DNA from: Omnitrophica WOR_2 bacterium RIFOXYA2_FULL_38_17
GTDB taxonomy: Bacteria > Omnitrophota > Gorgyraeia > Zapsychrales > Zapsychraceae
Length of the DNA: 64,000 nucleotides
Reading direction: 5' to 3'
NCBI GenBank assembly: GCA_001805965.1
Contig: MHHG01000072.1
Span: 429-64,428, forward strand
In this document: in pieces, positions 1-9,400 of the stretch
How positions within the stretch are numbered: the first letter of the stretch is position 1
Layout: the number at the start of each line of letters is the position of its first letter
The notes under the pieces: model-generated
What the model saw: the letters and a program-made list of their open reading frames with translations, nothing else
Database searches by the model: none
What the model was told of the DNA's origin: nothing
Program-made: the position numbers and the translations under genes

Positions 1-1
1 G

Positions 2-295
2 TATTTATTTAAAGATAAAGAATCGAAATGGCTTTTCCCGAGTAGTCGAGGTAACAAAATTTCTTCGAATAATTATCGTGAATATTTGGCAAAAATTTCT
101 CAGGAGCTATTAGGGAAGAGACTACATCCGCATTTATTTAGGCATTCATTTGTTGTTCAGGCTGCTCTTGCAGGTATGCCGATACGGGATGTCATGGCAA
201 TCACTGGCCATCTCGATATTGATGTTGTGCTAAAATATTACTCTCATTCAACCTCGCAAGGGCGAGAAAAAGTTCTAGCGATAAGTGAAATTTAA
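2..295 (+). CDS. Tyrosine recombinase/integrase, C-terminal part (5' truncated by window edge)
   Basis: Frame is open from base 2 (YLFKDKESKWLFPSSRG...). Contains HxxR box HLFRHSF, second His TGH and a candidate catalytic Tyr (KYYSH). Confidence 0.85.
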   Translation, partial: YLFKDKESKWLFPSSRGNKISSNNYREYLAKISQELLGKRLHPHLFRHSFVVQAALAGMPIRDVMAITGHLDIDVVLKYYSHSTSQGREKVLAISEI

Positions 296-332
296 GAATT
301 TCCGTGTAAATGAAAATCATAGGAGGATAAAA

Positions 333-608
333 ATGACTATAGAAGAGAGATTAAACGCCTTAGAAGAGCAAGTGGCCCATATGGCAGAAGCTTTAGGACA
401 TATAGATTCCATATTGTCTCAGCAGAATACTAATTTGAGAACAATTTATGAGGGGGCATCAATGAATATTTTTATAGTTGGTCATATTTTAAATGATAAA
501 TTAGAAATGAGTCGGGAAGATATTAATAGGCTAGTGGGCGATGCAAGAGCAAATCATCAGCAATTTGTTAATGAAACAAACGAAATACGTAAAATGTGGG
601 AGTTGTAA
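333..608 (+). CDS. Hypothetical protein, helical/coiled-coil N-terminus
   Basis: AGGAGG RBS at 321-326 before ATG 333 ([14 protein letters not shown]). No recognised domain. Confidence 0.6.
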   Translation: MTIEERLNALEEQVAHMAEALGHIDSILSQQNTNLRTIYEGASMNIFIVGHILNDKLEMSREDINRLVGDARANHQQFVNETNEIRKMWEL

Positions 609-636
609 AAGTAGCAGGATGTCTATGGGAGTATTT

Positions 637-1803
637 ATGAAAATTGGAAGAAATGATCCCTGTCCCTGCGGTAGTGGGAAGAAATATAAAAAATGTTGTA
701 TTAATATGGGTGCGCAAACTTTTGATAATAGTAGTAGTGATTTTAATCAAAGACTCAAAGATATGTGTTTGTTAAGTATGGAGGATGTTAAGCAAAAGTA
801 TGGAGACATATTTAAACCAGAAGGAGAGATGAAAAAGATTTTTGGTGAGATCAATAAAATAACTTATCAAAAAATAAATATACCTTGTTTACACCCCAAT
901 AGGGACGAATGTTCTCCCGGCCCAATAAAGGCTCACTCTTTACCAAAATCTTTATTATCAAAGTTATCAGGTTCAACTAACCATGTGGCAATGTTCGGCG
1001 GGTCAATGCCGCTGTTTGATCCTCCAGAAATTACTATTAAACGTGTTGGAATAAAGAAAGCTACTATTTTTACTGGATTGTGTGCTTTTCATGATAATAA
1101 AATTTTTAAATTGATTGATACAGTTCCCCCTGAAAAATTTGACGATGAATATCAATTTTTGCTCTGCTACAGAGCGATATTAAAAGAATACTGCGCTAAG
1201 CTTTACCAGTACGAAGTTGCAGAGAAGCAATTTAATTTGGAAAATAACGAGTCACCTAAAGGGGTAGATAGCTTTATTGGCCAATACACCTACAGTTGCT
1301 ATTTGGGTTTGCACTATTCCACAGTCATGAGAAAAATTTTTGATAAAATCTTAAACACAAAAAAATTTTACGAGGAGCTAGAGTATGGCGTAAGAGAAAT
1401 AAATAAATTTGTTCCAATAGCTGTTAGTAGTGTTTTTACACCTATTCGTGATCGAAATAATGTTGTCATTAATGATTTATTAAGTGGTATGCCAAACTAC
1501 GTGTTTTTAACTGTGATTCCTTCCGATAAAAAAACATATGTGTTTTACGCGACTCTAAAGAGACAGACAGAAAAACTTCAAAGTTATATTCAACCTTTTA
1601 AGATGTTAAGCGAAGAGAGCCTTACAAATTATTTATCGGAAGCGATCCTTAGAGATATTGAAAACTTTGTTATGTCGTATTCCTATTGGGAAAGTTTTTC
1701 AGATTTAAAACAGAAAGAGATTCAAAAATTTTTTCATGAAACGATTATTGATAAAAAAGTTTTATATAATTCTTCTGTGCATAATTTGTTTACGAATAAT
1801 TAG
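637..1803 (+). CDS. SEC-C motif protein with Cys/His (HNH-like) domain
   Basis: Starts [21 protein letters not shown] (SEC-C zinc motif). Later CxxP...C...KAHS and GLCAFHDN motifs. ATG 637 is preferred over 541. Confidence 0.8.
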   Translation: MKIGRNDPCPCGSGKKYKKCCINMGAQTFDNSSSDFNQRLKDMCLLSMEDVKQKYGDIFKPEGEMKKIFGEINKITYQKINIPCLHPNRDECSPGPIKAHSLPKSLLSKLSGSTNHVAMFGGSMPLFDPPEITIKRVGIKKATIFTGLCAFHDNKIFKLIDTVPPEKFDDEYQFLLCYRAILKEYCAKLYQYEVAEKQFNLENNESPKGVDSFIGQYTYSCYLGLHYSTVMRKIFDKILNTKKFYEELEYGVREINKFVPIAVSSVFTPIRDRNNVVINDLLSGMPNYVFLTVIPSDKKTYVFYATLKRQTEKLQSYIQPFKMLSEESLTNYLSEAILRDIENFVMSYSYWESFSDLKQKEIQKFFHETIIDKKVLYNSSVHNLFTNN

Positions 1804-1863
1804 TCGCATTTTGACTTGATTGACATTTTTGTGGTGGCTTTTTGGTGGTGAGATTTTTTAAAA

Positions 1864-2928
1864 TGTAGGTTCAAGGGTCTAGCGCAACACTTTGAACTGC
1901 TATAATGGCAGGGAAAGGAGTTGCTAATGGCAAAATATCAAAGACTTAAGTGTTTTGAACGAGAAGAAATATCTCGACAAGTTGCATCAGGAAAGAGCCT
2001 CAGGGAAGTAGCTAAAAATCTCCACAGATCTCCAAGCACCATAACCCGAGAGATAAATAAAAGTGTTGTTGATCGTAAATTTTATCGGGCATTTTTTGCA
2101 CAAGGTCGCAGCAACAAAATTCTTCATCAACGGCATAAGAATCGTAAGCTTGATAACAATCGTGCATTGCGCAAAATTGTACTGTTTTATTTAGCCAAGA
2201 AATGGTCCCCAGAACAGATTGCTAAAAGAATAGTTCTCTTGTATCCTAATGATATGGATATGCGAATTTCACACGAAACAATTTATTCTTATGTGTATAT
2301 ATTGCCGCGCGGGGAATTAAAGCGCGAGTTAGCAGCATGTTTAAGGCGTGGTCATGCTAATCGATATAAGAACAAGAAAGATAGACGAGATAGTGGCGCG
2401 ATACAGAATTATTTGAGTATTGAAGAAAGGCCCAAGGAAGTAGCTGATCGTATAGTTCCAGGACATTGGGAAGGTGATTTGATTATAGGTGGGAGTCATG
2501 CTTCAGCTATTGGGACGCTTGTTGAAAGAACAACCAGAATGACATTTTTAGTTAAGCTGGAGAACAGGTATGCGAGGAATGTCAGAAAAGCTTTTGCTAA
2601 GGAATTTCAATATTTGCCAAAAGGGTTGAGAAAAACATTAACATATGATCAAGGCTCTGAAATGGCAGAACATAAGATTTTCACAAAAGAAACAAATATA
2701 TCTGTTTACTTTGCGCATCCCAGTTCCCCATGGGAACGAGGAACAAATGAGAATACGAATGGCTTATTAAGGCAATATTTTCCTAAAGGAACTGATTTTA
2801 CAAAAATATCAAAAGCTCAGCTTAAAGCAGTGCAAGACGAGCTTAATGACCGTCCTCGTAAGGCATTGGAATGGTATACACCACACGAAAGATTTTCAGA
2901 GTTGTTGCGTTAGAAACTTGAATCTACC
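1864..2928 (+). mobile_element. IS30-family insertion sequence (~1065 bp)
   Basis: IRL TGTAGGTTCAAGGGTCTAGCGCAACA (1864-1889). IRR reverse complement GGTAGATTCAAGTTTCTAACGCAACA (2903-2928), 21/26 identical. The repeats enclose the transposase. Confidence 0.93.
1927..2913 (+). CDS. IS30-family DDE transposase
   Basis: N-terminal HTH (SLREVAKNLHRSPSTITRE), WSPEQI, ISHETIY, GHWEGD, TYDQGSEM, PWERGTNENTNGLLRQYFPKGTDF. AAGGAG RBS fits ATG 1927. Confidence 0.95.
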   Translation: MAKYQRLKCFEREEISRQVASGKSLREVAKNLHRSPSTITREINKSVVDRKFYRAFFAQGRSNKILHQRHKNRKLDNNRALRKIVLFYLAKKWSPEQIAKRIVLLYPNDMDMRISHETIYSYVYILPRGELKRELAACLRRGHANRYKNKKDRRDSGAIQNYLSIEERPKEVADRIVPGHWEGDLIIGGSHASAIGTLVERTTRMTFLVKLENRYARNVRKAFAKEFQYLPKGLRKTLTYDQGSEMAEHKIFTKETNISVYFAHPSSPWERGTNENTNGLLRQYFPKGTDFTKISKAQLKAVQDELNDRPRKALEWYTPHERFSELLR

Positions 2929-3081
2929 TTTATTGTTTTTTAAGATCTGCAGTGATTGAGACGAGCAGAGAATCTCAGCGGAAGTATAGTGTTAACTAGT
3001 CATAATATTGTAAAAACCTCTTGATATTGCTTTTTGTGAATGCTTGAATGATACTGTTCAATTGAAAGAATTTTATTAGAT

Positions 3082-4560
3082 ATGAAGCTTAAAAACAATA
3101 TTATTCCTTTTATTCTATTTCTGGGAAGCTTTTTTCTACGCCTTTCTTTAATAAGCAAAGGCCCCTTTAATGTAGATTGTTTAGACCTTGCCACTCAGGC
3201 AGAAAGGTCTCTCTCTGCTGGACAGCTTCAAAACATGTATGGATCAGGGTATCCAATGGTAGTTATTCTTAGCGCCGGTCTTATCTATATATTCAGAATG
3301 ATCAATATTGTAGATCCTGTCAGTGCTGTCAACATGATGAGTGTTGTAACAACTTCAATCTGTGTTATATTTTTTTATAAAATTGCAGAAAGAATAACAA
3401 GTCAAAAAGCTGCAATATTTAGCACTATTCTTTTTTCATTAAATCCAGCATTTTTAGGAAACTCTGTTTTTGGAATAAGTCATGGCCCAGCATTGCTCTT
3501 TTTATCTGTATCTATATATTTTCTGATACTTTTCAAAGAGGACAATAAGTGTCTAAAATATTTATTTATTTCAGCAATATTTTTCGGATTTACTGGAGCT
3601 GCACGACTTCAAGACATGATATTTCTGATCATACCAATAGCTTCATTGATATTGATCCCACTAAAACCTTGTAATATAAAAAGATTTTTGTTATTTTCTC
3701 TCATTGCTGCTGCTTTTTGCGCCTTGTTTTATCTTCCATATATTATAACTGATGCACGTGAAGATTACTTTAGTCAGCTAAGAAGCTATCGTGCAGATTC
3801 TTTGCCTGTTTATAGCCTAGAATTTATTAGATATACGTTCTTAGAGCTTCATGGTTACCTTTGTGAGTTATTGTTGCCTGTTGGATTGTGCATAAGCATA
3901 TGCGGTCTGTTTATTCTAGGGCGAAAAAAGAATTCCTACTCTATGTTTATATATCTATGGTTCTTTGTTTCTTTCTATATTCTAATCATTTTCTCAACAA
4001 CAAGGCCGAGGTTTCTTTTATTGTCGTTAATGCCTTTAAGTATTGCTGCAGGAGAATGTTTGTCTTATTTATTTAATTTTAATCGGGTATTCAAATTTGT
4101 ATCTATCATCATGCTTTGTCTTCTTTTTCGCATGGGGTTCCTGCCTACATACTATCTTCTTAAATTTCGCCATCGGGTTTCAGTTATCATTGAATATTGT
4201 AAATGGCTTAATAAAAATACTGAAAAGAACTCTCTTATTATTACTTGTGATGATAAACCATTTATACGTTATTATGGTTCTAGGGAAAGCTTAGCTAGGC
4301 CAATGAATACTTTTAGTATTAGTATAGAACAATTAGAAATGTTTAAAAAAGGGCTTGATAAAAAGATTGAAGAAGGTTATCCGGTGTATATCACTGATAT
4401 CGGTCTTTACGCCTATGCGCCAAAAGGAGAATTTACCTCTTTCTTTAGGCATAATTATAGAATTGTTCCTGTGGGAAAAAGTCTTTATGAAGATTGGCAC
4501 CAAGGGGCATCAGAAGATCAACTTTTCTACAATAATCTTTATAAAGTGACAAAGAATTAA
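3082..4560 (+). CDS. GT-C fold membrane glycosyltransferase (ArnT/PMT_2-like), copy 1
   Basis: Polytopic TM protein with an acidic residue in the first loop (NVDC), an RF/RY motif near the late TMs and a soluble C-terminal domain. Confidence 0.7.
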   Translation: MKLKNNIIPFILFLGSFFLRLSLISKGPFNVDCLDLATQAERSLSAGQLQNMYGSGYPMVVILSAGLIYIFRMINIVDPVSAVNMMSVVTTSICVIFFYKIAERITSQKAAIFSTILFSLNPAFLGNSVFGISHGPALLFLSVSIYFLILFKEDNKCLKYLFISAIFFGFTGAARLQDMIFLIIPIASLILIPLKPCNIKRFLLFSLIAAAFCALFYLPYIITDAREDYFSQLRSYRADSLPVYSLEFIRYTFLELHGYLCELLLPVGLCISICGLFILGRKKNSYSMFIYLWFFVSFYILIIFSTTRPRFLLLSLMPLSIAAGECLSYLFNFNRVFKFVSIIMLCLLFRMGFLPTYYLLKFRHRVSVIIEYCKWLNKNTEKNSLIITCDDKPFIRYYGSRESLARPMNTFSISIEQLEMFKKGLDKKIEEGYPVYITDIGLYAYAPKGEFTSFFRHNYRIVPVGKSLYEDWHQGASEDQLFYNNLYKVTKN

Positions 4561-4839
4561 AGTCGTGGTTTGATATAGGCAGGGAAAAGAGCCTTATTAT
4601 TTTAGGAAACACTTTTTGGTTCCCAAAGGGTTCCCATCTGATACATAAACAAACCTAAATATCTGGACAGTGTGAAAGTGGTCAAGCTCGACACGATTTG
4701 AGTTAAATGGTCGGTAATAAAGGGAATATCTCTGACTGTTTAGTATTATTAACTTTTATCAAAATTATACATAAATTGCTTGAAATTGGTTTTTCTTAGT
4801 GCTTGAATTATAAAAATTAACCTTGAAATTTTATTAATT

Positions 4840-6318
4840 ATGAGATACAAGCACATCATTATTCCATGTATTTTATTGTTGGGCAGCTTTATCCTCCGCC
4901 TTTTATTAATTAGCAAAGGGCCGTTTAGTATAGATTGCTTCGATCTTGCTCTTAAAGCTGAAAAAACTTATTCCTCTGGGCAACTTCAATATATGTTTGG
5001 CCCAGGATATCCTTTCGCTATCATTCTCGGGGCGATGTTTATTTGGCTGTTTAATGCATTTAATATTTCGTCTCCTATTTTTGCTGTGAATATGATGAGT
5101 GTTGTTACGGGTTCTTTAGCAGTTTTCTTTTTCTATAGAATTTCTGAAAGTATTACAGATCAGAAATCAGCAATATTTGGCACTGTATTATTTTCATTAA
5201 ACCCAATTGTATTAGGATATTCCGTATATGGGACCAGTAATGCACCAACCTTGCTTTGGTTATGTGTATCGGTTTATTTTTTGATAATTAGCAGGGAGAA
5301 TAAAGATAGTCTGAAAAATTTATTGCTCTCTGCTGTCTTTTTTGGTCTGCTAGGAGGGACACGCCTGCAAGATATGATCTTTCTATCTATACCGATCGCT
5401 TCCTTATTGTTTATTTCTAAAAAAGCATATCGAATACGAAGAATTTTTGTATTTTTTCTCACAGCTGTTTCTGTAAGTATTTTGTTCTATCTTCCATTTG
5501 TTTTGACAGATATGAGGATTGAATATTTAAGCCAGTTAACCAGATTTCGTGCTCTCAACGTACCTACTTATAGCTGGGATTTTACGAAAGAATCCTTCTT
5601 TAAAATTCATATTTACCTTCTTAACGCATTATTGCCAATAGGATTAATAACTAGCTTATATGGACTATTTATTCTGGTGCGCAACAAGAACCCATTCACT
5701 CTGTTTTTGTTACTATGGTTCTTTATTCCTTTCGAAATTACAATAAGGTTTGCTACGACTTATTCGAGATATTTATTAATACCAATTGTGCCTTTAAGTA
5801 TTGCGGCAGGGGCATGTTTGTCTTATTTGTTTAGCAAGGGCCGCATATTTAAAATGGCTTCTATTCTGATCCTTTGCCGTATTTTTTATTTTAGTTTTCT
5901 GCCCATGTATAAGCTCTTGGATTTTCGTCACCATCGTTCAGTTATTATTGAATATTGTAAATGGATCAATGGTATTACTGAGAAAAATGCTTTTATGATT
6001 AGCTGTGATGATAGAAGCTTTATTAATCATTACGGGGATAGGGAAATTATCTCTAGGCCAATGGATAGTTTTCATATCAGCAGGGAACAATTAGAAGAGT
6101 TTAAAACAAGGTTGGATGAAAAATTAGAAGAGGGTTATCCTGTTTATATAACTGCTATCGGGCTTTATGATTATTCACCGAATGGAGAATTTACTTCTTT
6201 CATGGAGCTTCACTATAGGATCAAATATGCGGGAAAAGGTCTTTATGAGGATTGGCACAGTGGAGCAGAAGACAGGAGAATTTTTTATAATTCTCTTTAT
6301 AAAGTGACAAAGAAATAA
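4840..6318 (+). CDS. GT-C fold membrane glycosyltransferase (ArnT/PMT_2-like), copy 2
   Basis: Same length (492 aa) and colinear with 3082..4560 (ISKGPF, AVNMMSVVT, RLQDMIFL, SVIIEYCKW, EEGYPVYIT, LYEDWH, LYKVTK). Confidence 0.7.
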   Translation: MRYKHIIIPCILLLGSFILRLLLISKGPFSIDCFDLALKAEKTYSSGQLQYMFGPGYPFAIILGAMFIWLFNAFNISSPIFAVNMMSVVTGSLAVFFFYRISESITDQKSAIFGTVLFSLNPIVLGYSVYGTSNAPTLLWLCVSVYFLIISRENKDSLKNLLLSAVFFGLLGGTRLQDMIFLSIPIASLLFISKKAYRIRRIFVFFLTAVSVSILFYLPFVLTDMRIEYLSQLTRFRALNVPTYSWDFTKESFFKIHIYLLNALLPIGLITSLYGLFILVRNKNPFTLFLLLWFFIPFEITIRFATTYSRYLLIPIVPLSIAAGACLSYLFSKGRIFKMASILILCRIFYFSFLPMYKLLDFRHHRSVIIEYCKWINGITEKNAFMISCDDRSFINHYGDREIISRPMDSFHISREQLEEFKTRLDEKLEEGYPVYITAIGLYDYSPNGEFTSFMELHYRIKYAGKGLYEDWHSGAEDRRIFYNSLYKVTKK

Positions 6319-6477
6319 ATTAATAGCTCAATAGCGCAGGGATAGCGCTTTTAAGTTTTGCAATAATTTCATAGCTATTAAATAGTTCTCATTTAATTAA
6401 TATCTTTTCTTGCCCGAATATTGCCCCTTATTCTTCGTAGCCTACCTAATTATTAGATTCTAATATATACTTTTATT

Positions 6478-9400
6478 ATGTTATTTAGGTACTATTTAAC
6501 TAAAAATAAGACCTTTTCTGGCTATGTAAATAAGTCCATCTGTTTGCTCGTATCTTTTATCTTTTTTACTGCAACTGTCTGTCCCGCGCAGGTGTTTGCT
6601 CAAGCTGTCTTAACGTTGCCGGCTCCCGGAACCATGGTTCCAACCTCTCCGGTTCATAACCCCGCAATGATCCTTGGGATGACCATTAATATGGATAATC
6701 CGTTTCAATTTGATTTTCTTGTGGATTCGGGAGATGAGAATCTTGAGGATGATGCCTTTCGAAAAGAAACAGGGAAGCTTATCAAATACTTTTTAACGGC
6801 ATTGACCGTGCCCGAAGAGGAAATGTGGGTTAATTTATCGCCTTATGAGAAGGACCGCATTATTGCAGATGGCCTTGGGGGAACCGAAATGGGTCGGGAT
6901 ATGCTCGCTCAGGACTATCTTTTAAAGCAGCTCTCTGCTTCATTGATGTACCCTGAAAATGATCTTGGCGCTGAATTCTGGGAAGACGTTTATGAGAAGA
7001 TGGGTGATGAATATGGGACAAAGGATATTCCCGTTGATACGTTCAATAAGATCTGGATCGTTCCAGAAAGGGCTGAGGTTTATGTCAACGGCGAGAGTGT
7101 TTATATTGTCGACAGCCATCTTAAGGTCATGCTTGATGAGGATTATCTTGCCTTAGAAGCTAATAAGAACACTATTGGGCATGGGCTTGGAGATATTAAG
7201 GAGGAAGACCTAAAGCAGCATTCAAAAGTATCGACCGATGCCATCCGCAAGATATTGATCCCGGCAATTGAAAAAGAGGTCAACGAAGGGCAAACATTTG
7301 CATCGTTGCGGCAAATATATAATTCACTGATTCTCGCGGCATGGTTCAAACAGAACCTCAAGAGCAGTATTTTAGGGCAGATCTATGTTGACCGCAGCAA
7401 ACTAAACGGCGTTGATATCGATGACAAAGATGCCAAGATAAGGATATACGAGCAATATTTGAGAGCTTTTAAAAAAGGCGTTTTTGACCTTGTCAAGGAT
7501 GAGTATGATTCGAGCACTCAGACGGTTATTTCCAGGAAGTATTTTTCCGGAGGGGAAAATTTTGCAAATATTGCGCAGGTTGTCCAGAATACAGGTTCTG
7601 ATAGTTCTATGTTGTCCTTCATGCGCAAGATCGTTGGCAGAACGATCAGGTCCGTAACAACTATAGTCAAAAGAGCCAGTCCCAAAAGATTGCCTGATGG
7701 GGAAGAACAAGAGAGCGAAGAACTTCTGGGACAATTGAATGAAATATTACAGAAAGCAGTTAAGGATAGGGCTGATCCTGGTGACTTTGAAAAAAAGCAG
7801 GAGGATCTCCAGGAGTATCAGCCGCCTCAGGCGCCGGAAGTTTCTTTTGAAGAGATCCCTTTACCGGAGGGTATACATACTTTTGACCTCATCACGTTCT
7901 TGCAGGCACAGAAACGTCTGAAGAGTTTATCTGCTGAGGATCTGGGTGCCCTTATGGTCTCTATGGGGATTCTTGATGAGGGCCAAACCTTGACGCGCGA
8001 TGACATAGACCAGCAATACGATATTATTTATAAGCATTTAGCTAAAGAAGGATACTCTGAAGAACTAGTCAGTCTGATCAAAGGTGAGGATGACCCGGAT
8101 GTTGCCTTGGATAGAACTGTCTCGTATCAAAGCGGAAGTTCGAAAATGCAGTCGATCATTGAAGCGGTCGCAAACAGCGTTGACGCCCTGGGAGGTTCCA
8201 TCGGCCAATTCGGAATGGGTGTCAAACAGATTTTAGCATGGCTGGAAGATGGGGAGCGTTTGGAGGTCGTATCTAAAAAGATAGATGATGTTCCCTATCG
8301 TTTGATCATAAGCAAGCAGGCGGGGAAGTTTAACATTGCAATAGATGCTATAAGCAGCGATGATTTTACCAGGGCGCTTGGAGGGGTTAAGTCTGAGAAA
8401 GGCACAGTCATCAATGTCGTCAAGAAAAGGGATGTTCCCACAGAAGGCGACGGAATTACATTGGAGCGTCTTGAGAAAATGGTACATAAGAGGTTTGCCT
8501 TTGTGAAATGGCTGAACCTTTGGACTCGAGGGGGTAATGCCGCTCTTAAGTTCGTAAACGGATGGGAGAGAAGAAGGGTCTTAGCTGGTTTGCAGAATTT
8601 GACGCATGAAAATATTGAGGAATCCGGAGCAGGCCGCGGTGAGAAAATGATCATTGTTTCGCTTGAGTCCCGTGCATTGAGGATCATGGATACAGGGGTG
8701 GGTATGGATTTTCAGGTTTTATCACGCATGTTCCTTCCGGTAGACGGTGGTGACAAAGAGAATAAGTCGCTGGATTCAGAAGAAGATATCAACGCGGAAA
8801 TCGAAAGAACAAGCATGGTCCATGATTGGCAAGGCCCGGTGACATCTGTTGTTTTTGCCAGAAATGGCGAGATGGTCATGGAAGTCCCTCTAAGTGAAGA
8901 GATCAGCGGTTCTATTCTAAAGGGTCAGTTGATGGTTGATCTTGGTAGATTGATACGTGTTTCTCCATCCCGTGACAAGATAGTCCTTCAGCGGAATCAG
9001 GATGAGGAGCCGTTAAAAAGAGGTTTTGTACATCTTGCGCAAGAGGTTATTCAAGGTAATATCTCTGATCAGGAGAAGATCCAGATCATCAACACGCTGA
9101 TAGGTGGTTTGGAAGGGATCGCTCCGGGAAATAAATCAGTTTCCGACATAATTGACGGGGTTAAGATCGCGCTGAAGAAAGAGACGAAGGCTTTTGTTAC
9201 TAAACTCAAGAGTAAAGGCATAATTCTTTTGCCGCTTCGCGGAGGCTATGATAATTTTCGTATTCCTGAAGGTAGAACGGTTGCTTTCCTTAATGAGAAC
9301 CTTTTCGATTGGAGAGGATCTGAATTGAAACAGCTCAAAGAGAATATGGGGGCTAAGGTTCTGCCCCTGGTCCTTGAGGGGAAAGACCCGGATACGGGGA

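Noticed and set aside
1773-1800. dif-like sequence (…GTGCATAA-TTTGT-TTACGAATAAT)
   Set aside because: Wrong spacer length, poor XerD arm, and it lies inside a CDS.
1830-1855. TGGTGG as the reverse complement of a tRNA/tmRNA 3' end (att site)
   Set aside because: There is no adjoining T-arm (GGTTCGA-like) sequence, so a tRNA fragment cannot be supported.
4561-4839. Intergenic segment with GGCAGGGAAA.GAG, similar to the IS30 5' region
   Set aside because: Only a ~14-nt match, with no inverted repeats or transposase remnant.
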